The position numbers and the translations under genes are program-made. A stretch of DNA of 64,000 bases from assembly GCA_964615305.1 (NCBI GenBank), contig CAZTNA010000002.1, positions 18,835-82,834 on the forward strand, written 5' to 3'. This document shows positions 46,844 through 56,025 of the stretch, in pieces. How positions within the stretch are numbered: the first letter of the stretch is position 1; the number at the start of each line of letters is the position of its first letter. The notes under the pieces are model-generated. The model saw only the letters and a program-made list of their open reading frames with translations, had not been told where the DNA came from and did no database searches. Source of the stretch: an uncultured Chitinophaga sp. Its GTDB lineage: Bacteria; Bacteroidota; Bacteroidia; Chitinophagales; LD1.

Positions 46844-48595
46844 ATGGCTTCATACAGCTATCAGACAATGCAGAAAGTTTTATTTCTCAGCTTACTCTCG
46901 TTGTCTTGCTGCTTTCAGTACCTGCCCGCACAAGATTTAGAAAACATAGCTAAAGCCAATCCTTTCGATATTACCGGCACCGCCAGCACAAGTGTAGGCT
47001 ATTATGCAAAGTCGGGATTTAATAGTACCCGTAAACCGTACTCGTATTCTATCATGTTAGCACCTACCATTTCGGTTTACGGAGTGCAAATACCTTTCAA
47101 CTTTACTTTTACCGAAGGGTCAAAAGATGTAAGAAATCCATTTGCACAGTTTGGTATCAACCCTTCATATAAATGGGTAAAAGGTTATTTCTGTTGGACT
47201 AACATGAGTTGGAGCCCCACCACCTTAAACGGAAAAACATTTCTGGGAGCCGGTATAGAAATAAACCCTTCGCTTTTCCGTTTTGGTGCATTTTACGGAA
47301 GACTAAACCCTGCAATTAAAGAGAACCTGCTGGGGCCTGCAGCTCAACCACCACAGTTTAAACGCAGAGGTTGGGGGCTAAAAGTGGGTGTGGGTAACGA
47401 CAACAACCACTTCGACTTTATTTGGTTGCACGGCAAAGATGTGGCCAACTCTATACCGCCAATATCTGATACGCTTAACAAACAAACTTATGCACCGCAA
47501 GAAAACGCAGTGTTTGGCATAAAGAGCCATCAAACTTTCGGCAAAAAGAAAAACATAGTGTGGGATTTAGATGGTGCAGCCAGTGCTATAACACGCGATA
47601 TAAATTCACAACTGTTAGATATCGGTAACGGTATAGGAACTAAGTTTTTGAAGGTTGCTATTCCTCCTCGTTTGTCCACCAGTTATGCCTGGACAGCCCA
47701 CACTTTCTTTGGTTACACCGCTGAAACTTTCTCACTCGGTTTCGATTACAACCGTATACAGCCCGAATATGTAAGTATGGGCCTCGACTACATTTTAAAC
47801 GACCAGCAGAAAATCAATCTAACACAAACCTTTATGGCGGCCAAAAAAAAGGTGAACCTTAGCTTTAATGAGTTTTATCAGCACGACAATCTGAATAAAC
47901 GAAAAGCAACAAAAACTAACCGTGCCGGATTGGCTGCTATTATTGCTTTGAACATGAGCCAGAAATTCGGGGCATCAATATCTTACAACAACTTTGTAAC
48001 ATTCCAAACAAAAGGAGCACGTGCTTTAAATGATACTACCCGCATTCTTCAAATTCAACAAGTGGTTGTATTTGCCCCTCGCTATACTTTAGTTAATACC
48101 GAAATGGTACACAATATATTTATGAGTGCCAGCTTTTCTCGCTTAGACGACCTCAACAATTTTACCTCAAAATTTTCGCGTAACAACACGTTGAATGTAA
48201 ACTTGGGCTACTCCCTTACTGCCAATAAAATCATGTTCTCATTTTCACCGGCATTTAATGTGTTGTATTCCAAAACGCCATCGTTTTATGTTGTAAACGT
48301 AGGCCCGTCTTTTGTTTTCAGTAAAAACTTCCTGAAAGGAAAAGTTGGGGTAAGCACCACTATTGGATATACAGCATCGCAGCAAAACAAAGTTTGGAAC
48401 AGCCATTCGCTAACAAATAACATTGGCTTTAATTACCGCATTACCAAAAATCACTCGCTTAAGATCGGAAACAACATAATGCGCACATGGCGTACTACAG
48501 GTAGCAGTAGCAGCGAATATCGTGGCGATGTTACATACACCTACACATTTGGCTACATTGTAAAGAGCAAATCGGAACAGGAGAAGAATTTCTGA
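46844..48595 (+). CDS. predicted outer-membrane beta-barrel protein, unknown function
   Basis: A signal peptide (possibly from the ATG at 46868) is followed by an alternating hydrophobic beta-strand pattern throughout and a C-terminal Phe. TAGGTTTG at 46826-46833 is a possible -7 box. Confidence 0.5.
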   Translation: MASYSYQTMQKVLFLSLLSLSCCFQYLPAQDLENIAKANPFDITGTASTSVGYYAKSGFNSTRKPYSYSIMLAPTISVYGVQIPFNFTFTEGSKDVRNPFAQFGINPSYKWVKGYFCWTNMSWSPTTLNGKTFLGAGIEINPSLFRFGAFYGRLNPAIKENLLGPAAQPPQFKRRGWGLKVGVGNDNNHFDFIWLHGKDVANSIPPISDTLNKQTYAPQENAVFGIKSHQTFGKKKNIVWDLDGAASAITRDINSQLLDIGNGIGTKFLKVAIPPRLSTSYAWTAHTFFGYTAETFSLGFDYNRIQPEYVSMGLDYILNDQQKINLTQTFMAAKKKVNLSFNEFYQHDNLNKRKATKTNRAGLAAIIALNMSQKFGASISYNNFVTFQTKGARALNDTTRILQIQQVVVFAPRYTLVNTEMVHNIFMSASFSRLDDLNNFTSKFSRNNTLNVNLGYSLTANKIMFSFSPAFNVLYSKTPSFYVVNVGPSFVFSKNFLKGKVGVSTTIGYTASQQNKVWNSHSLTNNIGFNYRITKNHSLKIGNNIMRTWRTTGSSSSEYRGDVTYTYTFGYIVKSKSEQEKNF

Positions 48596-48664
48596 TATTT
48601 TTCTTTCCACACTGTGTTCCACTCGTTTTTATTTATTTGGAATTCTGCTTACTTGCGCCCGCTT

Positions 48665-50113
48665 ATGTTGTTAGCACTTCTATTTATCCCGCTTGTATTT
48701 GCACTCATTACATTTTTAAGTGGCAACCATTACGCTAAATATACTGCGCTTGCCGGTGGGTTCTTAAGTTTCATTGTTTGTGTACTTTTAAAAGCACCAT
48801 TTTTGGCCGGCAATTATCAGCCGCTTACTCATTCGCATGTGTGGGTTATCAATCCGGCTATTATGTTTGCTCTTTCGCTTGATGGTTTAAGTTATATGCT
48901 GGTAGCACTTACAAGTTTTTTAGTGCCACTTATTCTATTGACCACCTACAACAAAACTATTGATAACGCCAAAGCATTTTACTCGCTCATTCTTTTAATG
49001 GAGTTTGGTTTGTTGGGTGTGTTTTTAGCTGCCGATGGATTTCTGTTTTATGTGTTTTGGGAACTTGCACTTATACCCATTTACTTTATTGCTTTGCTAT
49101 GGGGCGAAAACAAAGATGCGACATTCCGGCACCGGGCCATCTTCAAGTTTTTCGTTTACACGTTAGCGGGTTCTTTGCTCATGTTGGTTGCCTTTATATA
49201 CCTGTACCAGCAGGCAGGTGGCTTTTCGCTGGCGCAGCTATACGATTTAGACCTGAGCAACAAAGAACAATCATTTATCTTCTGGGCATTTTTTATTGCC
49301 TTTGCTATCAAAATTCCGGTATTCCCTTTTCACACCTGGCAACCCGATACCTATCATGAGGCCCCCTCAGCCGGCACCATGTTACTGGCAGGCATTATGC
49401 TAAAAATGGGAGTGTATGGGTTAATGCGTTGGTTACTACCGGTAACTCCTTACGCAACTTTAGTTTTTACACCTGTAGTTATTGTGTTAGCCGCTATCGG
49501 AATTATTTACGGAAGTGTAATTGCAATTAGGCAGGATAACCTAAAGAAGTTGTTGGCCTATTCATCATTTGCTCACGTTGGTTTAATTACTGCCGGTGTG
49601 TTTACATTAACCCGAGAAGGCTTTCAGGGTGCTGCCATGCAAATGTTTGCCCACGGGTTCAATGTAGTAGGTTTGTTTTTTGCTGCCGAAATTATTTTCC
49701 AGCGTACAGGCACGGTTTCCATATCGCAGTTAGGCGGCATTAGAAATGTAGCACCTAAATTTGCAGCGTGTTTTTTAATAGTAGTGTTAGCCAGTGTGGC
49801 TCTGCCTTCTACCAACGCATTTATTGGTGAATTTTTATTGTTGTTCAGCACATACGAATACAACTCCTATTTAGCTATAGTGGCCGGGCTTACAGTTATT
49901 TTAGGAGCCGTGTATATGTTTCGTATGTATCAACTGGTTATGCTCGGTGAAACAAAAGATACCACCGCTGCATTTGCTGACTTAACCAAAACAGAGTTGT
50001 TGGTGTTTGTGTTCATCATTGGTGCCATTTTTACCATGGGCATTTATCCTAAAACACACATGAGCATGATGCAGCCAAGTTTAGATTTATTGTTGAATTA
50101 TTCAATGAAGTAG
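48665..50113 (+). CDS. nuoM: NADH-quinone oxidoreductase subunit M
   Basis: 'FYVFWELALIPIYFI', 'KIPVFPFHTWQPDTYHEAPSAGTMLLAGIMLKMGVYG' and 'LAYSSFAHVG' are present. Confidence 0.9.
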   Translation: MLLALLFIPLVFALITFLSGNHYAKYTALAGGFLSFIVCVLLKAPFLAGNYQPLTHSHVWVINPAIMFALSLDGLSYMLVALTSFLVPLILLTTYNKTIDNAKAFYSLILLMEFGLLGVFLAADGFLFYVFWELALIPIYFIALLWGENKDATFRHRAIFKFFVYTLAGSLLMLVAFIYLYQQAGGFSLAQLYDLDLSNKEQSFIFWAFFIAFAIKIPVFPFHTWQPDTYHEAPSAGTMLLAGIMLKMGVYGLMRWLLPVTPYATLVFTPVVIVLAAIGIIYGSVIAIRQDNLKKLLAYSSFAHVGLITAGVFTLTREGFQGAAMQMFAHGFNVVGLFFAAEIIFQRTGTVSISQLGGIRNVAPKFAACFLIVVLASVALPSTNAFIGEFLLLFSTYEYNSYLAIVAGLTVILGAVYMFRMYQLVMLGETKDTTAAFADLTKTELLVFVFIIGAIFTMGIYPKTHMSMMQPSLDLLLNYSMK

Positions 50114-50128
50114 TATTACTAAAAGCAC

Positions 50129-51499
50129 ATGAATACCCTTATATATACTTCCACACTCGGTATTATATGCATGTTGGCCGAAATGCTCAACCTTCGCAAA
50201 TTTATACTGCCGATTGCCGTTACCGGATTGCTCGCTATATTCGGGTTAAACATGCTTGATTGGGGAGTTAATCAGGGGTACTTCAATCAGATGGTGTTGA
50301 TTGACAACTTCTCGGTGGCATTCTCTGGTTTGCTGATAATGCTTGCCGTGTTTGTTTTGATTCTGAGCGGTAACTACTATAAAAATGAAGCCGCCAAAAT
50401 TTCTGATTATATAGCTATTATCATTTTTACACTTTGTGGGGCTTTGGCTATGGTGTCTTTTGCTAACCTGGCAATGTTCTTCTTGGGGTTAGAAGTACTT
50501 TCTATTTCGCTTTATGTATTAGCCGGCACCAAACGAAAAGAAACCCGTAGCAACGAAGCCGCCATGAAATATTTTCTGATGGGTAGCTTTGCTTCAGGGG
50601 TATTATTGTTTGGAGTAGCATTAATTTATGGCGATACCGGCTCATTTAATCTCAACGAAATAGTTTCACACGTTGGCAGCGCACCACCTTCGCCCATGTT
50701 TTTTATAGGAGCCGGGTTAGTGTTAGTGGCTATGTTTTTCAAAGTAGCGGCAGCGCCTTTTCATTTTTGGGCACCTGATGTATATGATGGCTCGCCCATG
50801 CTTACCACTACCATCATGGCTACAGTGGCCAAAATTGCAGCCTTTGCTGCGTTTTACCGTTTGTTTAGCGCAGCGTTTGTCTCTGCCATACCTTCCTATG
50901 CGTGGGTGCTTAGCGCAGTGGCTGCACTTACAATGGCTATTGGCAGCTTTTCAGCTTTGCAGCAAGACTCTTTTAAGCGCATGTTGGCCTATTCGGGTAT
51001 TGGTCACGCGGGCTATATGCTTTTAGGTATTTTATCGGTTTATGTAAAAACCGACAATGCCTTGTTCTTTTACTCGCTGGCTTATGGTGTATCGTCTATA
51101 GCTGCTTTTACCGTTGCTATTGTAGTAGCCTCAAATACCGGCTCCGAAAAATATGATGCGTTTAACGGCTTGGGCAAGCGCAAACCAATGTTAGCTGCCG
51201 CCTTAACTATTGCCATGCTTAGCATGGCGGGCATACCTCCATTAGCCGGCTTTTTTGGTAAGTTCTATATTTTCAGTAAAGCCATAGAAGCAGGTCACTT
51301 ATTGTTAGTAGTATTTGCCGTAGTTAACTCTATGGTGAGCGTTTACTTTTACTTCAAAGTTTTTTTGGCCATGTACACCCGCGATAGTCAGGAATCTGCT
51401 TACAGCATTAAACCGGCATATGCTGTTGTAGTAGCAATATGTACGTTCATTACGGTGTTGGCTGGTGTTTACCCCTCTTTGTTTGCCAACCTTCTTTAA
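50129..51499 (+). CDS. nuoN: NADH-quinone oxidoreductase subunit N
   Basis: 'LGLEVLSISLYVLAG', 'EAAMKYFLMGSFASG', 'APFHFWAPDVYDG' and 'MLAYSGIGHAGY' are present. Confidence 0.9.
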   Translation: MNTLIYTSTLGIICMLAEMLNLRKFILPIAVTGLLAIFGLNMLDWGVNQGYFNQMVLIDNFSVAFSGLLIMLAVFVLILSGNYYKNEAAKISDYIAIIIFTLCGALAMVSFANLAMFFLGLEVLSISLYVLAGTKRKETRSNEAAMKYFLMGSFASGVLLFGVALIYGDTGSFNLNEIVSHVGSAPPSPMFFIGAGLVLVAMFFKVAAAPFHFWAPDVYDGSPMLTTTIMATVAKIAAFAAFYRLFSAAFVSAIPSYAWVLSAVAALTMAIGSFSALQQDSFKRMLAYSGIGHAGYMLLGILSVYVKTDNALFFYSLAYGVSSIAAFTVAIVVASNTGSEKYDAFNGLGKRKPMLAAALTIAMLSMAGIPPLAGFFGKFYIFSKAIEAGHLLLVVFAVVNSMVSVYFYFKVFLAMYTRDSQESAYSIKPAYAVVVAICTFITVLAGVYPSLFANLL

Positions 51500-51504
51500 T
51501 TGAG

Positions 51505-52281
51505 CTACCAACCATTTTGTTTTTCTTGTTTATAAGCGCGGTAGCGTTTGCTAAACTCGCTATGGAACACACGGCCTAAGTTTAGTTTTATACCACTTTG
51601 CAATATGACCAAGCCCGCATTCATTTTGGCTTCTTTTACTTTGTGTAGGTTTACCAGATACGATTTGTGAATACGCACAAAATTTTTGTCTGCCAGCAGT
51701 TCTTCAAACACCTTGAGCGGGCGCGATGCTGTTACTTCTTTTTTGCAGCTAAGCACTACTTGTGTATAGCTTCGTTCCGCTTTCAGGTATTCAATATTGT
51801 TCAGATCTATGGTGGTTATACCTTCGGTATGTGATATAGCCAGGGAGTGCAGACCGGGTTGAGCCAGGTGGGTTAGATTTTGTGCTGCTGTTTGCAGTTG
51901 GGTAGCGGTGGGCGGTGGCGGTTGAAGTTTCAGAAACCGGTTTACCGCTTGTTTCAACTCTTGGGCATCCACCGGTTTAAGCAGGTAGTCAATGGCGCTG
52001 AATTTAAAGGCGCGAAGAGCATAGTGGCTGTGTGCAGTTACAAATATTACGCTGCCCTTATAATTGGTTAAGTGCTGTAGAAAGTCAAAACCGTTCATAC
52101 CGGGCATTTCTATATCTAAAAACAATAGATCCGGTGGATGTTGGTTAACGTAAACAAGTGCTTTATCCGGGTCGGTGAACTGCTGTGCAATTTTTAGTTG
52201 CTTACAGTGAGTGGTAAGAAGGTACGATAATATACTGCTGGCTGCCGGTTCGTCATCTATCAATATGGTGGTGTATGTCAT
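51505..52281 (-). CDS. LytTR-family response regulator
   Basis: The receiver domain shows 'ILIDDEP' and 'DLLFLDIEMPGMNG'. The C-terminal LytTR domain shows 'FVRIHKSYLVNL'. Confidence 0.85.
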   Translation of the reverse strand: MTYTTILIDDEPAASSILSYLLTTHCKQLKIAQQFTDPDKALVYVNQHPPDLLFLDIEMPGMNGFDFLQHLTNYKGSVIFVTAHSHYALRAFKFSAIDYLLKPVDAQELKQAVNRFLKLQPPPPTATQLQTAAQNLTHLAQPGLHSLAISHTEGITTIDLNNIEYLKAERSYTQVVLSCKKEVTASRPLKVFEELLADKNFVRIHKSYLVNLHKVKEAKMNAGLVILQSGIKLNLGRVFHSEFSKRYRAYKQEKQNGW

Positions 52282-52300
52282 GGGGTATGCTGCTATGGTG

Positions 52301-53977
52301 TTAACTCAAAGGAAAACAAAGTTCAACTTTTGTGCCGCACACCTTGTTGCTACTATCAGTCATGTCGGTGTAGATGAGGTGTTTATCGCCATCTGGTGTT
52401 TTCCAGAGCAATCGCAATGTTTCTCGTATAATGTTGGTAGAATGTGACTGATGACCCGGCAATTTTTTTGTTTCTGCGGCTAGCCGGCCTATACCGTTAT
52501 CAATAATGGTTACGCAAATGATGTTTGAGTTGCGCTTTATATCAATGCCTATGTGACCAGTGCGGTCTTTAACAGCGCGTATGCCGTGGCGTATGGCATT
52601 TTCAATTAAGGGCTGTAGCAACATGCCGTGTATTTGTATCTGCTCGGGCTTTAGTTTGTTTTCAATTTTTACATGGTATGTAAAGGAAGGATCATACCGC
52701 CTTTGTTCGAGCCGCAGGTATAGTTCCAGCATTTCAAGATTTTGAGAAAGCGGAAGTTTGGTTACCCGCGAGTTATCGAGTACCATTCGGGTTAGCCGGC
52801 TGAAATCGTGTAATATGGCTATGGTTTCAGGAGTGTTGTTTTTTGTAACGTAGTGCTCAATGGTGTTTAAAATATTGGTGTAAAAATGCGGATTCATTTG
52901 AGTTCGCAGCAGTGTAAGTTGTGTTTCGGCCTGTTGAAGTTTGGCTTCTTGTAGTTGGCGCTGGTTCACTTCTGTTTCGTAGCGGGTTTGCAGTTCCTGA
53001 ATATTGCGCCCCATTTCTTCGCTATAGGCTTTGCTGTGCATTTGGGTGCATAACTCATAGTGCTTTAGGGCTTTTTGTAGCTCTCCGTTAGCTTTGTAGT
53101 ATTGTGCGCTTACATAGTGCAGTATTTTAAGCACCATTGGATGGGTGCTGTCTTTGGCAAGTTGTTTTACTTTACTAAAATATTTACCGGCAGCGTCTTT
53201 TTTACGCATCTTGATACTAACGCCTGTTAACTCGGTATATAGGAGTAGTTCATCGCTGGGGTTCTTACAATGCGGCAGTAATTGCAATGCGCTTTGCAGA
53301 TGCATGTTGGCATGGCTCCATTTTTTTTCCAATGAATAAATACCGGCTATATTGGCATGACACCTGAGTGCTTGCTGGTGGTCGTTCTGCTTGAGTGCGT
53401 TTGCGGCAGCTTTTGTATAGGCTGCTATAGCTCGAGAATATTGCTTCATCCGCTTTAGTTTCATGCCGCTGGCAAAATAAAGCTGGGCGTACAGGTGCTT
53501 TTGTTTGTGCTGTGTTATTATTTGTTTGGCGTGTTCTAATACTTTATCGCCCTCGGTGTTGTTTTCAATAAGGTAGTGAAGCCCGCAGAGTTGTATTAAA
53601 CTGCGGCTCATGATCTGAGTATGGCCTTCTTTTTCTTTCAGTGTCATGGCCTGTTGTAAGTACGCAATGGCTTGCCGCATATTGCGCATAGCTATACTTA
53701 CAGCGCTTAAGTTATCGAGGGCATTATAGGTAAGCACCGGGCAGTGAACCTGCTTGGCCAAGTGCAGCGATTTTTCAAAAAACTGTTTACTCTGTTTGTA
53801 ATTGGTTAGTTCCAGATACAATATACCCAAGCGGTTCGCTAAACGCTGTTCCAGTTCGGGCGATATATGCTCTTGTTTCAGCAGGTTTTTAAACAAACGC
53901 ATGGCACGAGCTTTTTCTTTTTGCTGATAACAGGCCTCTGCTTTAATATATGCCGGGTGGGTAAGTGTAATGGTCAT
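52301..53977 (-). CDS. TPR-repeat sensor histidine kinase (LytS/His_kinase type), apparently soluble
   Basis: About 330 aa of TPR-like repeats are followed by a coiled coil, then 'LRTQMNPHFYTNILNTI' (PF06580-type H-box) and a HATPase region 'LLQPLIENAIRHG'. I saw no hydrophobic TM segment. Confidence 0.8.
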   Translation of the reverse strand: MTITLTHPAYIKAEACYQQKEKARAMRLFKNLLKQEHISPELEQRLANRLGILYLELTNYKQSKQFFEKSLHLAKQVHCPVLTYNALDNLSAVSIAMRNMRQAIAYLQQAMTLKEKEGHTQIMSRSLIQLCGLHYLIENNTEGDKVLEHAKQIITQHKQKHLYAQLYFASGMKLKRMKQYSRAIAAYTKAAANALKQNDHQQALRCHANIAGIYSLEKKWSHANMHLQSALQLLPHCKNPSDELLLYTELTGVSIKMRKKDAAGKYFSKVKQLAKDSTHPMVLKILHYVSAQYYKANGELQKALKHYELCTQMHSKAYSEEMGRNIQELQTRYETEVNQRQLQEAKLQQAETQLTLLRTQMNPHFYTNILNTIEHYVTKNNTPETIAILHDFSRLTRMVLDNSRVTKLPLSQNLEMLELYLRLEQRRYDPSFTYHVKIENKLKPEQIQIHGMLLQPLIENAIRHGIRAVKDRTGHIGIDIKRNSNIICVTIIDNGIGRLAAETKKLPGHQSHSTNIIRETLRLLWKTPDGDKHLIYTDMTDSSNKVCGTKVELCFPLS

Positions 53978-54080
53978 GAAGTTGGTAATTCCGTTTGCCG
54001 AATATGCAATTATCTGTAAAACCTGTTTAACTGTTTAACCGTAAACAAAGTTGCATTATTTAATAACTAAATTAATAACC

Positions 54081-54515
54081 ATGAAAAAAATTGTAAAACC
54101 ATTTCTGTTCTCCGTAGTCATTGTTTTTTCATTATGCTTAGTTAACTGTAACCACAAGTCTCCTGAGCATACCGAGCAAGCTGTAACCGATACGGTGGAA
54201 GTTTCTGCTTCTCCTTCTAACAAATCTGAGCCTCCGGTGGCGGAAACGGGAACCGAGTGGGAAATTAAAGTGGTAGCCGAAACTGCCGGTGGAGCACCCA
54301 TAGCAGGTGTTACTGCCCGCCTCAAAAAAATGCCGGGCGATAACGAGTGTACCTATGACCAAACCCTGGTTACCGATACAGCCGGCATAGCTAAGTTTAC
54401 CGGCACGGGCAGCTGCCCCTGTAAAAAATTTAAAGCCGGTGTAGTTACCGATAACTGCAACAAAAGCAAGACTGATGTAGTGTGTGGAGAAACCGTAACA
54501 TTTGTGTGCCCTTAA
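54081..54515 (+). CDS. small Cys-rich lipoprotein, unknown function
   Basis: The ATG at 54081 gives 'MKKIVKPFLFSVVIVFSLCLVNC' with a lipobox. The C-terminal half contains 6 Cys. Confidence 0.55.
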   Translation: MKKIVKPFLFSVVIVFSLCLVNCNHKSPEHTEQAVTDTVEVSASPSNKSEPPVAETGTEWEIKVVAETAGGAPIAGVTARLKKMPGDNECTYDQTLVTDTAGIAKFTGTGSCPCKKFKAGVVTDNCNKSKTDVVCGETVTFVCP

Positions 54516-54537
54516 GTGGGTTAACACTTAATTATAT

Positions 54538-54572
54538 AAACGCGCTTCTGCCGGGCAGGGCGCGTTTTTTCT
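54538..54572 (+). terminator. strong Rho-independent terminator
   Basis: An AAACGCGC...GCGCGTTT 8-bp outer stem encloses a CTGC/GCAG inner stem with a CGG loop, followed by a T-tract. Confidence 0.7.
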
Positions 54573-54590
54573 TTGTTATAGGGGGGGTGG

Positions 54591-54628
54591 GGGTGCCGTT
54601 CGGAAAATAGTGGGTGCCGTTCGGAAAA
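54591..54628. repeat. 17-bp direct repeat GGGTGCCGTTCGGAAAA x2 with a 21-bp period
   Basis: Exact copies lie at 54591-54607 and 54612-54628, immediately after a G7-T-G5 run. Confidence 0.8.
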
Positions 54629-54733
54629 CGGTTTTGGTTTTTGCCCTCACCGGAGTTTAGTTTCGTATAAGCAATAAAAAACTGAATATTTTAAAAGCAA
54701 AAACTTTGTTCTTAACCTGTAAATTACCATGTT

Positions 54734-54895
54734 ATGTTACAGTTGCTTGAAGGAAAACCCAGTTGGCCGGCACCTCCGGTTATTAAAAAACCTAAGCCCG
54801 TTGCTAAACCCAAACTTGCCTCCGGCCAACCGGGTTTGCAGCTCGATTTAGCGGCCTTGCTTTATACAAAATTTTATGGCACCTATTACGCTTAA
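54734..54895 (+). CDS. micro-ORF, 53 aa, Pro/Lys-rich (hand-translated; below the ORF-track cutoff)
   Basis: The translation is MLQLLEGKPSWPAPPVIKKPKPVAKPKLASGQPGLQLDLAALLYTKFYGTYYA. There is no homology evidence. Confidence 0.2.
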   Translation: MLQLLEGKPSWPAPPVIKKPKPVAKPKLASGQPGLQLDLAALLYTKFYGTYYA

Positions 54896-54901
54896 CAGAG
54901 T

Positions 54902-55027
54902 ATGAGTTTTGAAGAGTATAAGAGTAAGAAAGACGCAGAAGCCGGCACCAAAGTGCTACCTCTTATTTTAATTCTGGCCGCTATGCTTATAGTTATGGTT
55001 TACCTGCTAACCAATATGAAAACATAA
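54902..55027 (+). CDS. micro-ORF, 41 aa, single predicted TM helix (hand-translated)
   Basis: The translation is MSFEEYKSKKDAEAGTKVLPLILILAAMLIVMVYLLTNMKT. It starts 7 nt after the previous micro-ORF stop. Confidence 0.25.
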   Translation: MSFEEYKSKKDAEAGTKVLPLILILAAMLIVMVYLLTNMKT

Positions 55028-55118
55028 AGTGATGCCGAGTAACAAGTAATACGTTCCAAATTGAGCAATATCTTACTAAAACCATACTTGAATAAAAACA
55101 CCAATTACTCTTACACCA

Positions 55119-55297
55119 TGAAAACCAAAACATTTATACCTGCTTCTAAATTTAGTTCATTTGTACGCTGGGCCGTAGCCCGTTGCCCCTTCTGCCAAAA
55201 ACCTGTTCACGACTGGCTGCCCGTGGCAGTGGCCCCTCCGGATCCGAAACAAATGCGCAAATACAAGCAGAGGCAGTTAGCGTATAATCTGAACTAA
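55119..55297 (+). CDS. micro-ORF, 59 aa, with a CPFC motif
   Basis: This is the ATG-initiated part of track ORF 55061-55297. The sequence begins 'MKTKTFIPASKF...ARCPFCQKPVHDW'. Confidence 0.25.
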
Positions 55298-55362
55298 TTT
55301 CAATAGGTTGTTTTAGCTGTTAAAATTTATACATGCAAACACCTGTTAGCTTACACCATTGA

Positions 55363-55795
55363 GCAGGCAAGGGCATAGATGGTATTGAGTTTTTTTCTAC
55401 CATGGCTATGGTTGAACAACTACTCGGGCCTCCCGAAAACAAAAAGGAGTACGAAGGCAAATACCGCGATAGCAGTTCTGTTTATTTGAACTATTACAGT
55501 AAAAGACTTTCGCTGCTGTTCTTAGATAAATACTTCAGCACTATTTTCTTGAATAGCGGGGTGCCTTATAGTTACGAAAAAGGCGAGTTTAGTCAGTATC
55601 AGTTTCAACACCCACTTGATATTTCTTTTGATTCGGAAATCAGCCATATACAGGCAATTTACGGTGAGCCGACCAGAGAAGGTAAGAACCAATTTTGCCA
55701 CTATTCCTTATGCCACTTTGTATTATAAGGGCTTTGCCTTTGATGTAAATTTAGTAACCGGTAAAGTTGGCAACATTATTATTAAAGCAGGGTAG
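55363..55795 (+). pseudogene. 5'-truncated and frameshifted remnant of a small-domain protein
   Basis: The reading frame is open from 55363, giving 'AGKGIDGIEFFSTMAMVEQLLGPPENK', which looks like the interior of a domain. Track ORF 55402-55728 then stops, but the +1 frame continues sensibly as 'TNFATIPYATLYYKGFAFDVNLVTGKVGNIIIKAG' to 55795. Confidence 0.45.
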
Positions 55796-56025
55796 CGTTT
55801 TACCGGTTTTCTCTGCCTGTTATTCTTATTGTGGTGCTGATTAAGTAAAGGCACTTTCTGCGTTTTATGCAGGCAGCTCATTTTATTAAAAACGGCAAAA
55901 ACACCCACCGGTAACCCATTAGCTCATAACCCCATAACCCTTATGCAGCCCCTGCACCCAAACATACTTACCACCCGCATGATGCAAACAGTGTTGGGGG
56001 GCTTTTTTAGTGCAAAACAGGGGCA

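Noticed and set aside
54581-54615. G-run as a G-quadruplex element
   Set aside because: Only three clean G3 tracts are close together, and the fourth needs a loop of about 18 nt. This is too weak to call from sequence alone.
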